Shown here in pieces: positions 27,932 to 37,588 of a DNA stretch of 64,000 nucleotides. The translations under genes and the position numbers were made by a program. Origin of the DNA: a virus; the IMG/VR virus record IMGVR_UViG_3300040811_000439, positions 8,889 through 72,888 of that record. One strand, written 5' to 3'. Position 1 is the first letter of the stretch. The number at the start of each line of letters is the position of its first letter. Below the pieces are notes generated by a model. It searched no databases and was not told the DNA's origin. It saw nothing but the letters and a program-made list of their open reading frames with translations.

Positions 27932-30900
27932 TTAGAACTTCAAGTTCACTTTCATGCCTAGGTTAACTTCATTGTTACCTGAGACACCTGCAACATTGCT
28001 ACGATGCTCTGCATAGCCAGCAAGTGCAACATTGTTTACATTATATTTTACAAACAAACCGGTATCATATTCAATATTTTTCGTACTTGCATCAGCACTT
28101 CCTTCATTAAATAATACCTGTCCGTCAAGTGTACGTCCTACTGGAACCTTGTAGTTCATCTTACCGCTTGTAACTGTCATTGGCTGACTAAAGTTAGCGC
28201 CAACAGTCCAACCATTGCTAAACTTGTAACCTGCACCAACACCCCAACTGTTACTTACTAGGGTGCTGTACCCAGTTACTAGACTAAACTCCTTGGATGA
28301 CTCAACGTCTGTCATGCCCAACTGGAAGTTACCAAACCCAAACCAGTTCTCATCAAACTTGTGATTGAGACGCAAGCCTGCATAGTTTGTGGTGTGTGAC
28401 TCACCAACTCCCATAAAGCCTTCCTGAACGTTGTTAAGGAACTTACCTGTCTCCTTAATCATACCAAGTGCGGCAGTAATAGTAGTTTCTTCGCTACTAT
28501 GTACATCATACTCTGTACGCATGCCCCAGTCGCCATTGGCTTTGGCATCTGGGTCAAATTTGAATGATGTCCTAATACCAAACAAGTCACTAGTGCCTTC
28601 GCCGGCATTAGCAAGATTCCAATAACCGTCATAGTTTGCACCAAAACTTAGTGCTTCTGTTGACGATCCAGGACGAGTATCAATAGCTTGAGTGTTGTTT
28701 AGATTGATTGTAAAATCACGCTCAAAGCTATCAAGCACCGTAACATTACTTAGTGCCGCAAATGCATCGCTACTAATACTTCCGACAGCAGCGCCGCCAC
28801 TTAGCGTTTCAAGGCTAGCAATAGCACCACTCGTACGCCCGCTTGTTGGAATACCTGTTGCACCTACAGGCTGTGTAGCCTTGTCCAAGTCCAACATGCC
28901 TTGTCCATGTGTGTGTTTAGCATAGTCAGGCAAGTCCTTGTCTGCTGTTGTTAGCAACAGTTTAACAAGGTTCTCACCCTTCATGTGAGGCCACATCTGA
29001 TGTACAATAGCAAGTGCACCAGTTACAACAGGCGCTGCCATACTAGTACCACTCATTGTTACAGTTGTGCCATCCTTGTACGCACTTTCGATACTACTAC
29101 CTGGTGCAAGGATATAAAAGTCACTTGCCTTGGCAGCATCTTTACAGAGATTATTTGTAAAGTCCCAGGTAGCACAAACAGTACCAGCCTTGTTACTGTA
29201 ACTAGCAATCTTATTGTTAGCAAGATCATATGAGCCAACGATTAGCATACGTCCGCCCATAATAAGGTTGCCATTAGAATCTGTAGCATGGGCCATCTGA
29301 CCAGTACCTGATACATAGTCTTTAGCAAAGTTACCAGCACTGTTCACAAGGATCTGTTCGCTACCTAGTGCAGTTGCCCACAACTTGGCTTCGTCTACAG
29401 CACCATTGTATCCATTCTCACCGTAGTACCAGTGATTACTATACTGGACACCAGTAGTACCTGTTGGAGTTAGACTTCCCTTAAAGGCAGTATCTTCTGC
29501 AAAGTTAGCACTGGCGTTAAAAGCAATACTTCCTAAGTCTCGTGCCCATGTTGCACCTACTCGTGCACGTTGGAAACTGTAGCCAGTGCTGTCACTTACT
29601 TTTACGACAGCAACGTCTGCATCAAATGCAACACCGTGTGTACCGCTACCGTTCTTACGTCCAGCCGCAATACCCAACACATGACTACCGTGACCAACGT
29701 TGTCATCCATAAACGTCGCATCATTTGTTAGAGTGTTGAACTCATGTTTAACTGCACCAGCAAGGTCTGAGTGATCCTTATCGTAACCAGTATCAGCAAT
29801 AGTAATTAGACTGCCTTTACCAGTCCAACCACGGGAGTATGCAACGTCTGCGTTAATTGCCTGCTTGTAGTTCTGACCAGAAGTTCCATTGAACTCTGAA
29901 GTACGATAGCTTACAGGATTGCTGTTGAACCCTGCGGTACGTGTGCCCATGTCAGGATGATCGTCTGCAATAGGTGTACTATCAGCAGGAGCATCCTCTG
30001 TTGTGGTGCTCATAACCTTAGTCCAACTATCTGTCACTACAGTATTTTCAGTACTAGTTTCAACTACAGTTTCACCGCGAATTAGTTTCTCAGTACCATC
30101 AGTCCAAATCTGTTTTGTCACAGGAGTTGTGTTTGTGGTAGTTGTAGTAACAATAGTAGCAGTGGTCGTGTAATAACGTGTTACAGTAGTAATTAATTTA
30201 CCGTCTACAGTTTCACTAGTTGTCTTGTCTTCATAGGTTGTATCAAATACTGGATCAGCTTCTGTTACGTCTGTAATAACTTCGTTTGTAACGGTTTCAC
30301 TCGCTACAACATGCTCTGTAGTACTTTCTACAGTTGCTTCACTTGTATTGACAACAACTTCATCTTCTGTACTACTAACCACTTCATCTGTAGCATCATG
30401 AGTAAATGAATGTCCATCTGTGTAAGTGTACACACTAATCTTAGGATATGTTAGTGTAGTAGTGACAGGCGTAGTGCTTGTGGTTGTAGTAGTACGAATG
30501 GTGTTATGTACCTTACTACCATCTTCCTGTGTAATAGTATCGACACGATCCGCATACTCGTTTACCACAACCGTTCCGCCACGAGTGACAGTTGTAGTTG
30601 GATCGTTTTGTTCTTCAACTGTATAGGCAATGTTCTGTGACATGTCCTGTGTAGTAACAATGTCAGCAGCCGAAAGTGTCTGTGTATAAGGTACTTCACG
30701 GATTTCACCACGTTCAGTTTTTGTGCTACCATCGCTGTAAACATATGTGGTTACATTCTGTAGGACCACTGTCCAACTACGATCATACTCCATCTTCTTT
30801 GTAGTTGTCTTTACCCAAGTAGCGGTACGTGTTAGATCAGAGATGCTAGAACCGCCGGTTACAGTCTGCTCGCCATCGACTACAACAGTTTCCTTAACAC

Positions 30901-31480
30901 GATCAGTACTTGTAGTAGCACTTGATTCACTTACTGTAACGCTACTGTTGCTTGCACTAATAACTGTTGGCGTAGTACTCTCAAAGATCGACTTAGATTC
31001 AGCTGCAATAACACGGTCCAAATCTTCCTTCTTTTCTAGGAACTTAAATTTATCTGTGTCATACCCTTTGCCATTGGTAACATCAACGACCATTGGACGA
31101 AGCTGATTCTTAAGGATCTTTACTACTGCTTCTGCTTTACGGAAGTCTTCTGATTCTAACTTAGCACGAAGTAGCATAGGATTCATACCTGCCTTATGCT
31201 CTTCCCAACTAGCAATTACATTGTCAATCTTGCTGACAATGTCTCCTGCCATAATTTTATCTGATTCAGTTGGATTAATTAGTGCACTAAGAGTTGCTGA
31301 ACTTTGTGCAGCAGCAACTACATTCTCAAGGTCAGCAATCTGTCCACTGATAGCTGCAAAACTTGAATTTGTTGCGAACGAACGCTTTACTGTGTTTACT
31401 GCGGAACTTCCGCCGCCACCTTGACACGCTGTAAGCATTGTGGTGGCTAGCAACGCTCCTGCTAGTGTCTTATAAGTCAT
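27932..31480 (-). CDS. Lipoprotein subtilisin-like (S8) protease with Thr-rich stalk and C-terminal beta-barrel-like domain
   Basis: Lipobox LTAC, IADTG, HGSHV, SAGN, SGTSMAAP triad; ends in alternating strand VNLKF. Confidence 0.9.
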   Translation of the reverse strand: MTYKTLAGALLATTMLTACQGGGGSSAVNTVKRSFATNSSFAAISGQIADLENVVAAAQSSATLSALINPTESDKIMAGDIVSKIDNVIASWEEHKAGMNPMLLRAKLESEDFRKAEAVVKILKNQLRPMVVDVTNGKGYDTDKFKFLEKKEDLDRVIAAESKSIFESTTPTVISASNSSVTVSESSATTSTDRVKETVVVDGEQTVTGGSSISDLTRTATWVKTTTKKMEYDRSWTVVLQNVTTYVYSDGSTKTERGEIREVPYTQTLSAADIVTTQDMSQNIAYTVEEQNDPTTTVTRGGTVVVNEYADRVDTITQEDGSKVHNTIRTTTTTSTTPVTTTLTYPKISVYTYTDGHSFTHDATDEVVSSTEDEVVVNTSEATVESTTEHVVASETVTNEVITDVTEADPVFDTTYEDKTTSETVDGKLITTVTRYYTTTATIVTTTTTNTTPVTKQIWTDGTEKLIRGETVVETSTENTVVTDSWTKVMSTTTEDAPADSTPIADDHPDMGTRTAGFNSNPVSYRTSEFNGTSGQNYKQAINADVAYSRGWTGKGSLITIADTGYDKDHSDLAGAVKHEFNTLTNDATFMDDNVGHGSHVLGIAAGRKNGSGTHGVAFDADVAVVKVSDSTGYSFQRARVGATWARDLGSIAFNASANFAEDTAFKGSLTPTGTTGVQYSNHWYYGENGYNGAVDEAKLWATALGSEQILVNSAGNFAKDYVSGTGQMAHATDSNGNLIMGGRMLIVGSYDLANNKIASYSNKAGTVCATWDFTNNLCKDAAKASDFYILAPGSSIESAYKDGTTVTMSGTSMAAPVVTGALAIVHQMWPHMKGENLVKLLLTTADKDLPDYAKHTHGQGMLDLDKATQPVGATGIPTSGRTSGAIASLETLSGGAAVGSISSDAFAALSNVTVLDSFERDFTINLNNTQAIDTRPGSSTEALSFGANYDGYWNLANAGEGTSDLFGIRTSFKFDPDAKANGDWGMRTEYDVHSSEETTITAALGMIKETGKFLNNVQEGFMGVGESHTTNYAGLRLNHKFDENWFGFGNFQLGMTDVESSKEFSLVTGYSTLVSNSWGVGAGYKFSNGWTVGANFSQPMTVTSGKMNYKVPVGRTLDGQVLFNEGSADASTKNIEYDTGLFVKYNVNNVALAGYAEHRSNVAGVSGNNEVNLGMKVNLKF

Positions 31481-31575
31481 ATTAACCCCGTGTTATTGAC
31501 TAATAAAGAGCATGTTCACCTTGAACATACTCTTATAATAACACAGCGTCTAGACTTGTCTACCGTTTTTAGAAA

Positions 31576-31833
31576 CTATATAGCGTTAAGTAATTCCCAG
31601 GCTTTGTAATGGCGTTCTAACTCTGCAAACTCTTCCCATTTTTCTTTTAATTCTGGATACTTGTCCATCATATCAAGTCTTTGTTGCAGATATTCCTCAA
31701 GAGGATCAGTTGGAGGAGTTATGGTCACCGTTGAGGTCGAGCCCCCCATTGTAATAGTACTTGAAATAGGATCGCCTATTTCTCTTGCACGTATAGTAAT
31801 ACCACCGTCTGGTGATTCATATATTTTTGGCAT
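31576..31833 (-). CDS. Hypothetical protein
   Basis: IYESPDGG.TI..R; C-terminal helix. Confidence 0.7.
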   Translation of the reverse strand: MPKIYESPDGGITIRAREIGDPISSTITMGGSTSTVTITPPTDPLEEYLQQRLDMMDKYPELKEKWEEFAELERHYKAWELLNAI

Positions 31834-31846
31834 TAAAGTTGTCCTT

Positions 31847-31886
31847 TATGAAAACGGAGGGCCCAACACGGACCCTCCGTTTCATA
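31847..31886 (-). terminator. Intrinsic terminator after yhhQ
   Basis: AAACGGAGGGUCC-GUGUU-GGGCCCUCCGUUUU stem-loop. Confidence 0.8.
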
Positions 31887-31895
31887 GCGTTATTG

Positions 31896-32519
31896 TTATA
31901 GAGTACGCCCTAGTTTCTTACGCAAATAGCTTAGTAGGAAACCATATGCTGGTAGGAACACAATCAACCCTACAATAATCTTTGTAATTGTCTGGTTGAA
32001 CGCAACAGCATGTACCCAAGGTGCTGGATAAAATGCTGTATAGAAGAACGCATAAGTGTCTAGTACGTTTGCACAGACTGTTGAAAATGCTGGAGCAGCC
32101 CACCACATCTCTGTGAACTTCTCACGAATATGCTGGAATACATAAACGTCTAGCATTGTACCAACGCCATATGCAACACCCGAAGCTGCACCAATACGTA
32201 GTGCCTTCTCAACTGGTGCGCCGCCGCCCCACACAACCAAAATACTTACAATGATTGCTGGGATGACTGCTAGGGCAACAACTGCCCTACCTGCTTCCTT
32301 GCCCACCATACGGACGGTCAAGTCAGTGGCAACAACTACAATTGGAAATGTAAATGCTGCAACTGCAAGTGGAAACTCACCAAAGAATGGCAAGTTAGCA
32401 CCTGGGAACAGGTTAAACTTGAACTGCACCAAGTAATTTGAAAGTGCAATTACGATTACGTGCATGATAACAAGCTGATTAACCAACTTGCGATCTACAC
32501 CTTCTAGTAACTTCAACAT
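31896..32519 (-). CDS. yhhQ: Queuosine precursor (preQ0/preQ1) transporter, VUT family
   Basis: SNYLVQ, AFTFP..ATDLTVR, RI..AS..AY..G..LDVYVF, WWAAP, DT..FF. Confidence 0.9.
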   Translation of the reverse strand: MLKLLEGVDRKLVNQLVIMHVIVIALSNYLVQFKFNLFPGANLPFFGEFPLAVAAFTFPIVVVATDLTVRMVGKEAGRAVVALAVIPAIIVSILVVWGGGAPVEKALRIGAASGVAYGVGTMLDVYVFQHIREKFTEMWWAAPAFSTVCANVLDTYAFFYTAFYPAPWVHAVAFNQTITKIIVGLIVFLPAYGFLLSYLRKKLGRTL

Positions 32520-32541
32520 ATGTTTCTCCCTATTCTGAAGT

Positions 32542-33216
32542 TTACCCATGACCCTTCATGCTTAGACAGATGTTATAAAACTCCTGCTTAACACTAGGCT
32601 CATCTAGGAAAGCACCTTGCAAGACCGCTGTTGTCATATCCGACTCGTGCTCTTTTACACCGCGGTGCGTCATACAATGATGCTCTGCTTTGACTACAAC
32701 AGCAACGTGCTCTGTTTTTGCATATTCTTTAAGAGCTTCTGTAATCTGTGTAGTCATTTCTTCCTGTATCTGCGGGCGTTCCGCAATGTGATGAATGATA
32801 CGATTGAACTTACTTAGTCCAATTACTTCATCCTCAGGAATGATGCCTACCCAACATTTACCAACAATGTTCTGAAAATGATGGGCACAGGTACTACGAA
32901 TACTAATAGGACCACTAGTGTACATACTTTTGTAGCCCATGTTAGGAAATGCTGTAACCTTTGGCATCGGTTGATAGCGTCCGCCAAATGTTTCATTGAT
33001 ATACATTTTAGCTACACGCTTGGCAGTTTCTTGTGTGTTATGATCGTTTTCGGTATCAATAACTAGTGCGTCAAGAACTGCTTTGAACTTTTCTTCTACT
33101 TCAGTTTGAAGTAGTGCTAGTTCACCTTCGTGGATGAACTCGCTAATATTATCGTTAGAATGGAAACGTGCATTTGTCTGCTGAATACGTTCCCTGATTG
33201 TTTGTGATATTGTCAT
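32542..33216 (-). CDS. folE: GTP cyclohydrolase I
   Basis: TAKRVAKMY, STCAHH, GLSKFNR, PQIQE, HHCMTHRGV. Confidence 0.96.
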   Translation of the reverse strand: MTISQTIRERIQQTNARFHSNDNISEFIHEGELALLQTEVEEKFKAVLDALVIDTENDHNTQETAKRVAKMYINETFGGRYQPMPKVTAFPNMGYKSMYTSGPISIRSTCAHHFQNIVGKCWVGIIPEDEVIGLSKFNRIIHHIAERPQIQEEMTTQITEALKEYAKTEHVAVVVKAEHHCMTHRGVKEHESDMTTAVLQGAFLDEPSVKQEFYNICLSMKGHG

Positions 33217-33252
33217 ATTATCTCCGAGTTAATGTGGTGGATCACTGTACTA

Positions 33253-33281
33253 ATTTTATACATATTTAGGTTAGGTGTCAA
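33253..33281 (-). promoter_or_regulatory. Sigma70 promoter with TAAATA in the spacer (folE)
   Basis: TTGACA-17 nt-TAAAAT. Confidence 0.75.
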
Positions 33282-33870
33282 TTTGTATTTTACTACAGTC
33301 TGGATAAGTTTTAAGTTGGCTTTGCAAATTTGGCATCTCTTCCTGATGTGACAACATATCTATACCTTTTGCTGCATCTTCTAGTCGCATATTGTAATGA
33401 AATCCTAGACGCCAATAAGTTTGATTCTCCCAAGGAGAAGTATCTAGCGTTCTGCCATCATACGCCATGCGCTTTAACTGGAAGTAATCGCTCCTACTAT
33501 CAAGTAGAATAGCACCACCATGACCAATAGCCAACCGCTTGTCCCAACCGAAACTTAGGCACTGCATACGACCGCTGATATACATATTTTCATCAAATGC
33601 TCTAGCACTATCCCAAATATTAGTAGGAGCAATACGATATTCATAATCCCATGCATAGTCCTTGTCCCAATAAAGTTCTAGTCCTAGCTTATGCATTGTC
33701 ATTGGTATGCTAATATAAGTACGAGCAGGAAGTATCACAGGCCCTTTAGGATGATTTAGTCGAAGACAAAGTTCAATAGCATGAGTGCAACTATCTGTTA
33801 AAACCACATGCGGCGCACCAGTATATACACTTAGGACATGTTCAAACTTATCTAAGATTTTATAGTCCAT
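33271..33870 (-). CDS. Short DegT/DnrJ-family aminotransferase-like protein
   Basis: DSCTHAIEL, WDSA, SFGWDK.L.IG.GGAIL, YDGR; only 199 aa. Confidence 0.8.
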   Translation of the reverse strand: MDYKILDKFEHVLSVYTGAPHVVLTDSCTHAIELCLRLNHPKGPVILPARTYISIPMTMHKLGLELYWDKDYAWDYEYRIAPTNIWDSARAFDENMYISGRMQCLSFGWDKRLAIGHGGAILLDSRSDYFQLKRMAYDGRTLDTSPWENQTYWRLGFHYNMRLEDAAKGIDMLSHQEEMPNLQSQLKTYPDCSKIQIDT

Positions 33871-35045
33871 TATAAACCTGTATCACTTGCAATATCTATA
33901 ACACTAATTTTACTTGCTGCTTCTTTTGCAATATCTAAACTAGGTGCTAGTACAACTGCCATTCTACGATATGGTCTAGTCGTGGGCTTTCCAAACACTC
34001 TAACATCGACGTCTGGTATTTTAAGTGCATCGTTAATACCGCTTATAACAAACTCATGCGTAGTTTCATGAGCTAGTACAACATGACTCGCACCTGGACG
34101 GACTAATTTGATCTCACCAATTGGTAAGCCTAGTATAGCCCTTGCATGCAAGTCAAACTCACTTAGGTTCTGTGTAAACATGGTTACCATACCGGTATCG
34201 TGTGGGCGAGGACTTAGTTCGCTGAAGATAACTTCAGGACTATTACCTTTGGTCTTAACAAAAAATTCTACACCAAAAATACCTGCGCCACCTAAATCAT
34301 CTGTAATGATTTTTGCCATCTCTTGTGCGTGAGTCTCGATAATGTGTCCTGTAAAAGTTTGTTCTAGTGCAGGTTGCCAACTGTACTGATAGTCTCCACG
34401 CTCTTGATAGTGACCAATTAGTGGACAAAATAGTGTAGGTCCATTATGTTGCTTTACAGTGAGCAGTGTAAGCTCTAGATCAAAATCAATAAACTCTTCT
34501 ACAATAACACGCTGCCTGTCTCCACGCATACCTGATACTGCATATTTCCATGCAGCATCTACGTCACGTTCTTCGTTAACTACGCTCTGTCCCTTGCCAC
34601 TTGAGCTCATCACAGGCTTTACCACACAAGGAAAACCAATGCGTCTACAAGCACTCTGTAATGTTTCTAAGTCCTCAGCATATTCGAATTTTGCTGTACG
34701 CAACCCAAGTTCAACTGCACGATCTCTAATGCGATCTCTGTTCATTGTTAGGTTAGTTGCTCTTGCTGTAGGGACAACAGTATAACCCTGTGCTTCCTTT
34801 TCAAGTAAGACTTCTGTACGAATTGCCTCAACTTCGGGTACAATAAGATCAGGTTTATAAGTATCAATTACTCTGCCTAGCATCTCGCCGTCTAGCATAT
34901 CAAAAACTTGATGTCCATCGGCTACCTGCATTGCCGGCGCACCTAAATAGCTATCACATGCTACAACATGGCAACCCAGTCTTTTTGCACTAATGGTAAA
35001 CTCCTTACCGAGCTCACCGCTACCTAATAATAATATACGTTTCAT
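33870..35045 (-). CDS. purT: Formate-dependent phosphoribosylglycinamide formyltransferase (ATP-grasp)
   Basis: [51 protein letters not shown]. Confidence 0.95.
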   Translation of the reverse strand: MKRILLLGSGELGKEFTISAKRLGCHVVACDSYLGAPAMQVADGHQVFDMLDGEMLGRVIDTYKPDLIVPEVEAIRTEVLLEKEAQGYTVVPTARATNLTMNRDRIRDRAVELGLRTAKFEYAEDLETLQSACRRIGFPCVVKPVMSSSGKGQSVVNEERDVDAAWKYAVSGMRGDRQRVIVEEFIDFDLELTLLTVKQHNGPTLFCPLIGHYQERGDYQYSWQPALEQTFTGHIIETHAQEMAKIITDDLGGAGIFGVEFFVKTKGNSPEVIFSELSPRPHDTGMVTMFTQNLSEFDLHARAILGLPIGEIKLVRPGASHVVLAHETTHEFVISGINDALKIPDVDVRVFGKPTTRPYRRMAVVLAPSLDIAKEAASKISVIDIASDTGL

Positions 35046-35566
35046 TATTTGTGTCCTGTTATTTGCAATGTATATCGTTTGGTTAGTCCTAAGTTAGCGG
35101 CCATATGTTCTGTGTCGCCTTTCCAGTAAACATAGTCGCCCTTTTTCCAATTTACTTTTCCGAATCCATCTATCTCAAAGTAATGCCCACTCTGCCAATC
35201 CTCAAGGAATACGACAATACGTTCGCAATCGTTTACTTTTAAATCAAACAACTCACAATACTTTGCATAGGTATCCTTATGGCAAGGTAGTATTACACCT
35301 GTACCCATTCTATAATAACTTGTGCCTATGTCTTTAAGACCAAATTGATCCTCTGCCCATTGTATGATCTTGTTATTCCAACTTGGTTGAGGGCTACGCA
35401 TGTCACATAGGAAGCCTGTGTAATGACTTTCAGGATGTACATATCCTTGTCTTTTCCACTCGACTAAATCGTGCCTATTGTTAAAAGATTCTAATTTATA
35501 GGACAAACTTTTATATTCATCATCCCAAAAAGGATCAATGTGGCTATGCAATACGGGTGTTGCCAT
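35045..35566 (-). CDS. Double-stranded beta-helix / 2OG-Fe(II) hydroxylase-like protein
   Basis: LPCHKD (HxD), [22 protein letters not shown]. Confidence 0.7.
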   Translation of the reverse strand: MATPVLHSHIDPFWDDEYKSLSYKLESFNNRHDLVEWKRQGYVHPESHYTGFLCDMRSPQPSWNNKIIQWAEDQFGLKDIGTSYYRMGTGVILPCHKDTYAKYCELFDLKVNDCERIVVFLEDWQSGHYFEIDGFGKVNWKKGDYVYWKGDTEHMAANLGLTKRYTLQITGHK

Positions 35567-36761
35567 AATGGATCACTTTATACCTAGTGTCTGAAAAACT
35601 ACGCCAAGGATCAACAATAACGCTGTCCTCATAGAGTTCACAGTACAAGTTGTTAGATTGTTGATTGTTCATATAGTTATAGGTTACACTTGGGTTGTGA
35701 GCAAGTAAAACTACTGCACTATAGGGACCAGGATCTGGATGTGTCAGAGGATCAATAATCATAGGATGAAAACCCCGCTCGCTACAGTAATGTGCAACCA
35801 AACTACTGTAGCTACCTTCCGTATAAGGAACATCTGGCTTGTATGCATAGCCGTGTATGAGTACAGGTAGTTCATGTTCTTTGGATAAATCACATAAGAA
35901 GTTTGCAAGATTACGTGCTTGTACTTCTCTACTGTTCATAATAGCATGGAATAGATCGTATTCTAAATTTAATTCTTTAGCCATGTAACGTAGTGCAATG
36001 TTATCGCGTGGATGACAAGGACCACCATCTCCCATGCCCGCTGTCATATACTTTGGAGCCATAATACGTTGAGTGCTGTTAGCAAGAGCATCTGTAACTA
36101 CATCAACATTCATGTTACCCAGTTTCATAGCAACGTCTTGGATCATGTTTACAAGGCTGAGCTTTGCACTGATAAATGTGTTATAGAATATCTTAATACT
36201 TTCTGCTTCTTCCCATGTTCCTACACTATAGCGAGGATTGTTCTGCATAAGTTCTTTGTAGAAGTTAATAAGCAGGTTTGCATCACCTGTTTCACTACCA
36301 TCCTCTGTACCAATGATAACCATTTCTGGATTGACCATATCCCATGCTACACTGCCCATTGCAATTAGATATGGGTTATAGATAAAACGTGCTTGTGTAA
36401 TCAAAGGTGCAAGTTCTCTGCGAACAGTGCCAGGTAGCACTGTACTAATAAGAACTATAAGGGTATGTTCATTTGCATACTCGTTAACTTCAGTTAAACA
36501 CTGCTTTACTTGGTCATAGTTAAAGTCCTGAGGCTCATAATCCATACAAGGCATGCTACCATCATACTGTGGATGATGTGGCGTTTGAATAGCAACAAAA
36601 ACTAGATCTTTATTTTCTACTGCATCTTTTACATCTGTGACAACTTTTATATTATCACTAGCACGGTCTTCAATATCAAACCCCGTAACTGAGTATTTTA
36701 CAGCCATTGCTTCTGCACAAGGCAGACCTAGCTTTCCTAATCCAATAAATCCTACTTTCAT
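35544..36761 (-). CDS. UDP-glucose/GDP-mannose 6-dehydrogenase family
   Basis: GLGKLG, STVLPGT, K..YNTF, GGPCHPRD, AYKP. Confidence 0.92.
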   Translation of the reverse strand: MKVGFIGLGKLGLPCAEAMAVKYSVTGFDIEDRASDNIKVVTDVKDAVENKDLVFVAIQTPHHPQYDGSMPCMDYEPQDFNYDQVKQCLTEVNEYANEHTLIVLISTVLPGTVRRELAPLITQARFIYNPYLIAMGSVAWDMVNPEMVIIGTEDGSETGDANLLINFYKELMQNNPRYSVGTWEEAESIKIFYNTFISAKLSLVNMIQDVAMKLGNMNVDVVTDALANSTQRIMAPKYMTAGMGDGGPCHPRDNIALRYMAKELNLEYDLFHAIMNSREVQARNLANFLCDLSKEHELPVLIHGYAYKPDVPYTEGSYSSLVAHYCSERGFHPMIIDPLTHPDPGPYSAVVLLAHNPSVTYNYMNNQQSNNLYCELYEDSVIVDPWRSFSDTRYKVIHYGNTRIA

Positions 36762-37588
36762 AGTTCCTCCAATAACTTTTTAATACCTACTTGAACACTA
36801 ATCCTAGGATGGTAACCAAGTTCTGTTCTAGCCTTTTGAATGTCAAGTGCGCCACGTTTAGGGTAGTCGTAATCACGTTGACTGATAGTATAACTGCCAG
36901 TGCCAACCAGTGTGCAGATATATTCTGCAATAATATCCAGTGCGTGACTTTGACTGTAACTAACGTTATAGATTTGATTCTTACTTTTTCTTTCGATCAT
37001 CAAACGTACTGCTTGAACAACATCACTTACACTTGTAAAGTCTAAACAGTTATCATGTCCTTTTACTTCAATTACTCCGCCTTCTTTGGCAGTACGAATA
37101 AAAGTAGGCAGTACACGATTAGGATCATCGCCTTCTCCATACACTGCGGTTGGACGTACGATAGTCCAGTTATTGTGTAACTCTTTGACTAGTCCTTCAC
37201 CAACTAGTTTTAGTCTACCATATAAGTCAATGGGAGAAGGATTTTCGTATTCGTATTTGTTTGCTAGGTTACTGTCCCAATTACCATAAACCATGCTACT
37301 GCTAAAGTAGATAAAATGACTGTTGTTGAACTTTGTTAGGCAGTTGATAAGCCCTGTTGTCATAGTATGAGTAGCTTCTACAGGACTACGCTTTACTGCT
37401 GCAAGATTAGGTTCTGCTGCAAGGAACAACACACAATCATAATCTGGACTTATAAGATTAAGATGGTTATGATTGTTTATGTTAGTACCAAACTTTTTAT
37501 CAATAACAACTACATTGTTATCTTGTTCCAGTTCACGTTCAAGGTGCTTACCAATAAATCCAGCACCGCCTATGAGAAGTATGTTCAT
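36758..37588 (-). CDS. NAD-dependent epimerase/dehydratase
   Basis: GGAGFIG, SSSMVYG, YGRLK (YxxxK), RPTAVYG. Confidence 0.92.
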   Translation of the reverse strand: MNILLIGGAGFIGKHLERELEQDNNVVVIDKKFGTNINNHNHLNLISPDYDCVLFLAAEPNLAAVKRSPVEATHTMTTGLINCLTKFNNSHFIYFSSSMVYGNWDSNLANKYEYENPSPIDLYGRLKLVGEGLVKELHNNWTIVRPTAVYGEGDDPNRVLPTFIRTAKEGGVIEVKGHDNCLDFTSVSDVVQAVRLMIERKSKNQIYNVSYSQSHALDIIAEYICTLVGTGSYTISQRDYDYPKRGALDIQKARTELGYHPRISVQVGIKKLLEEL

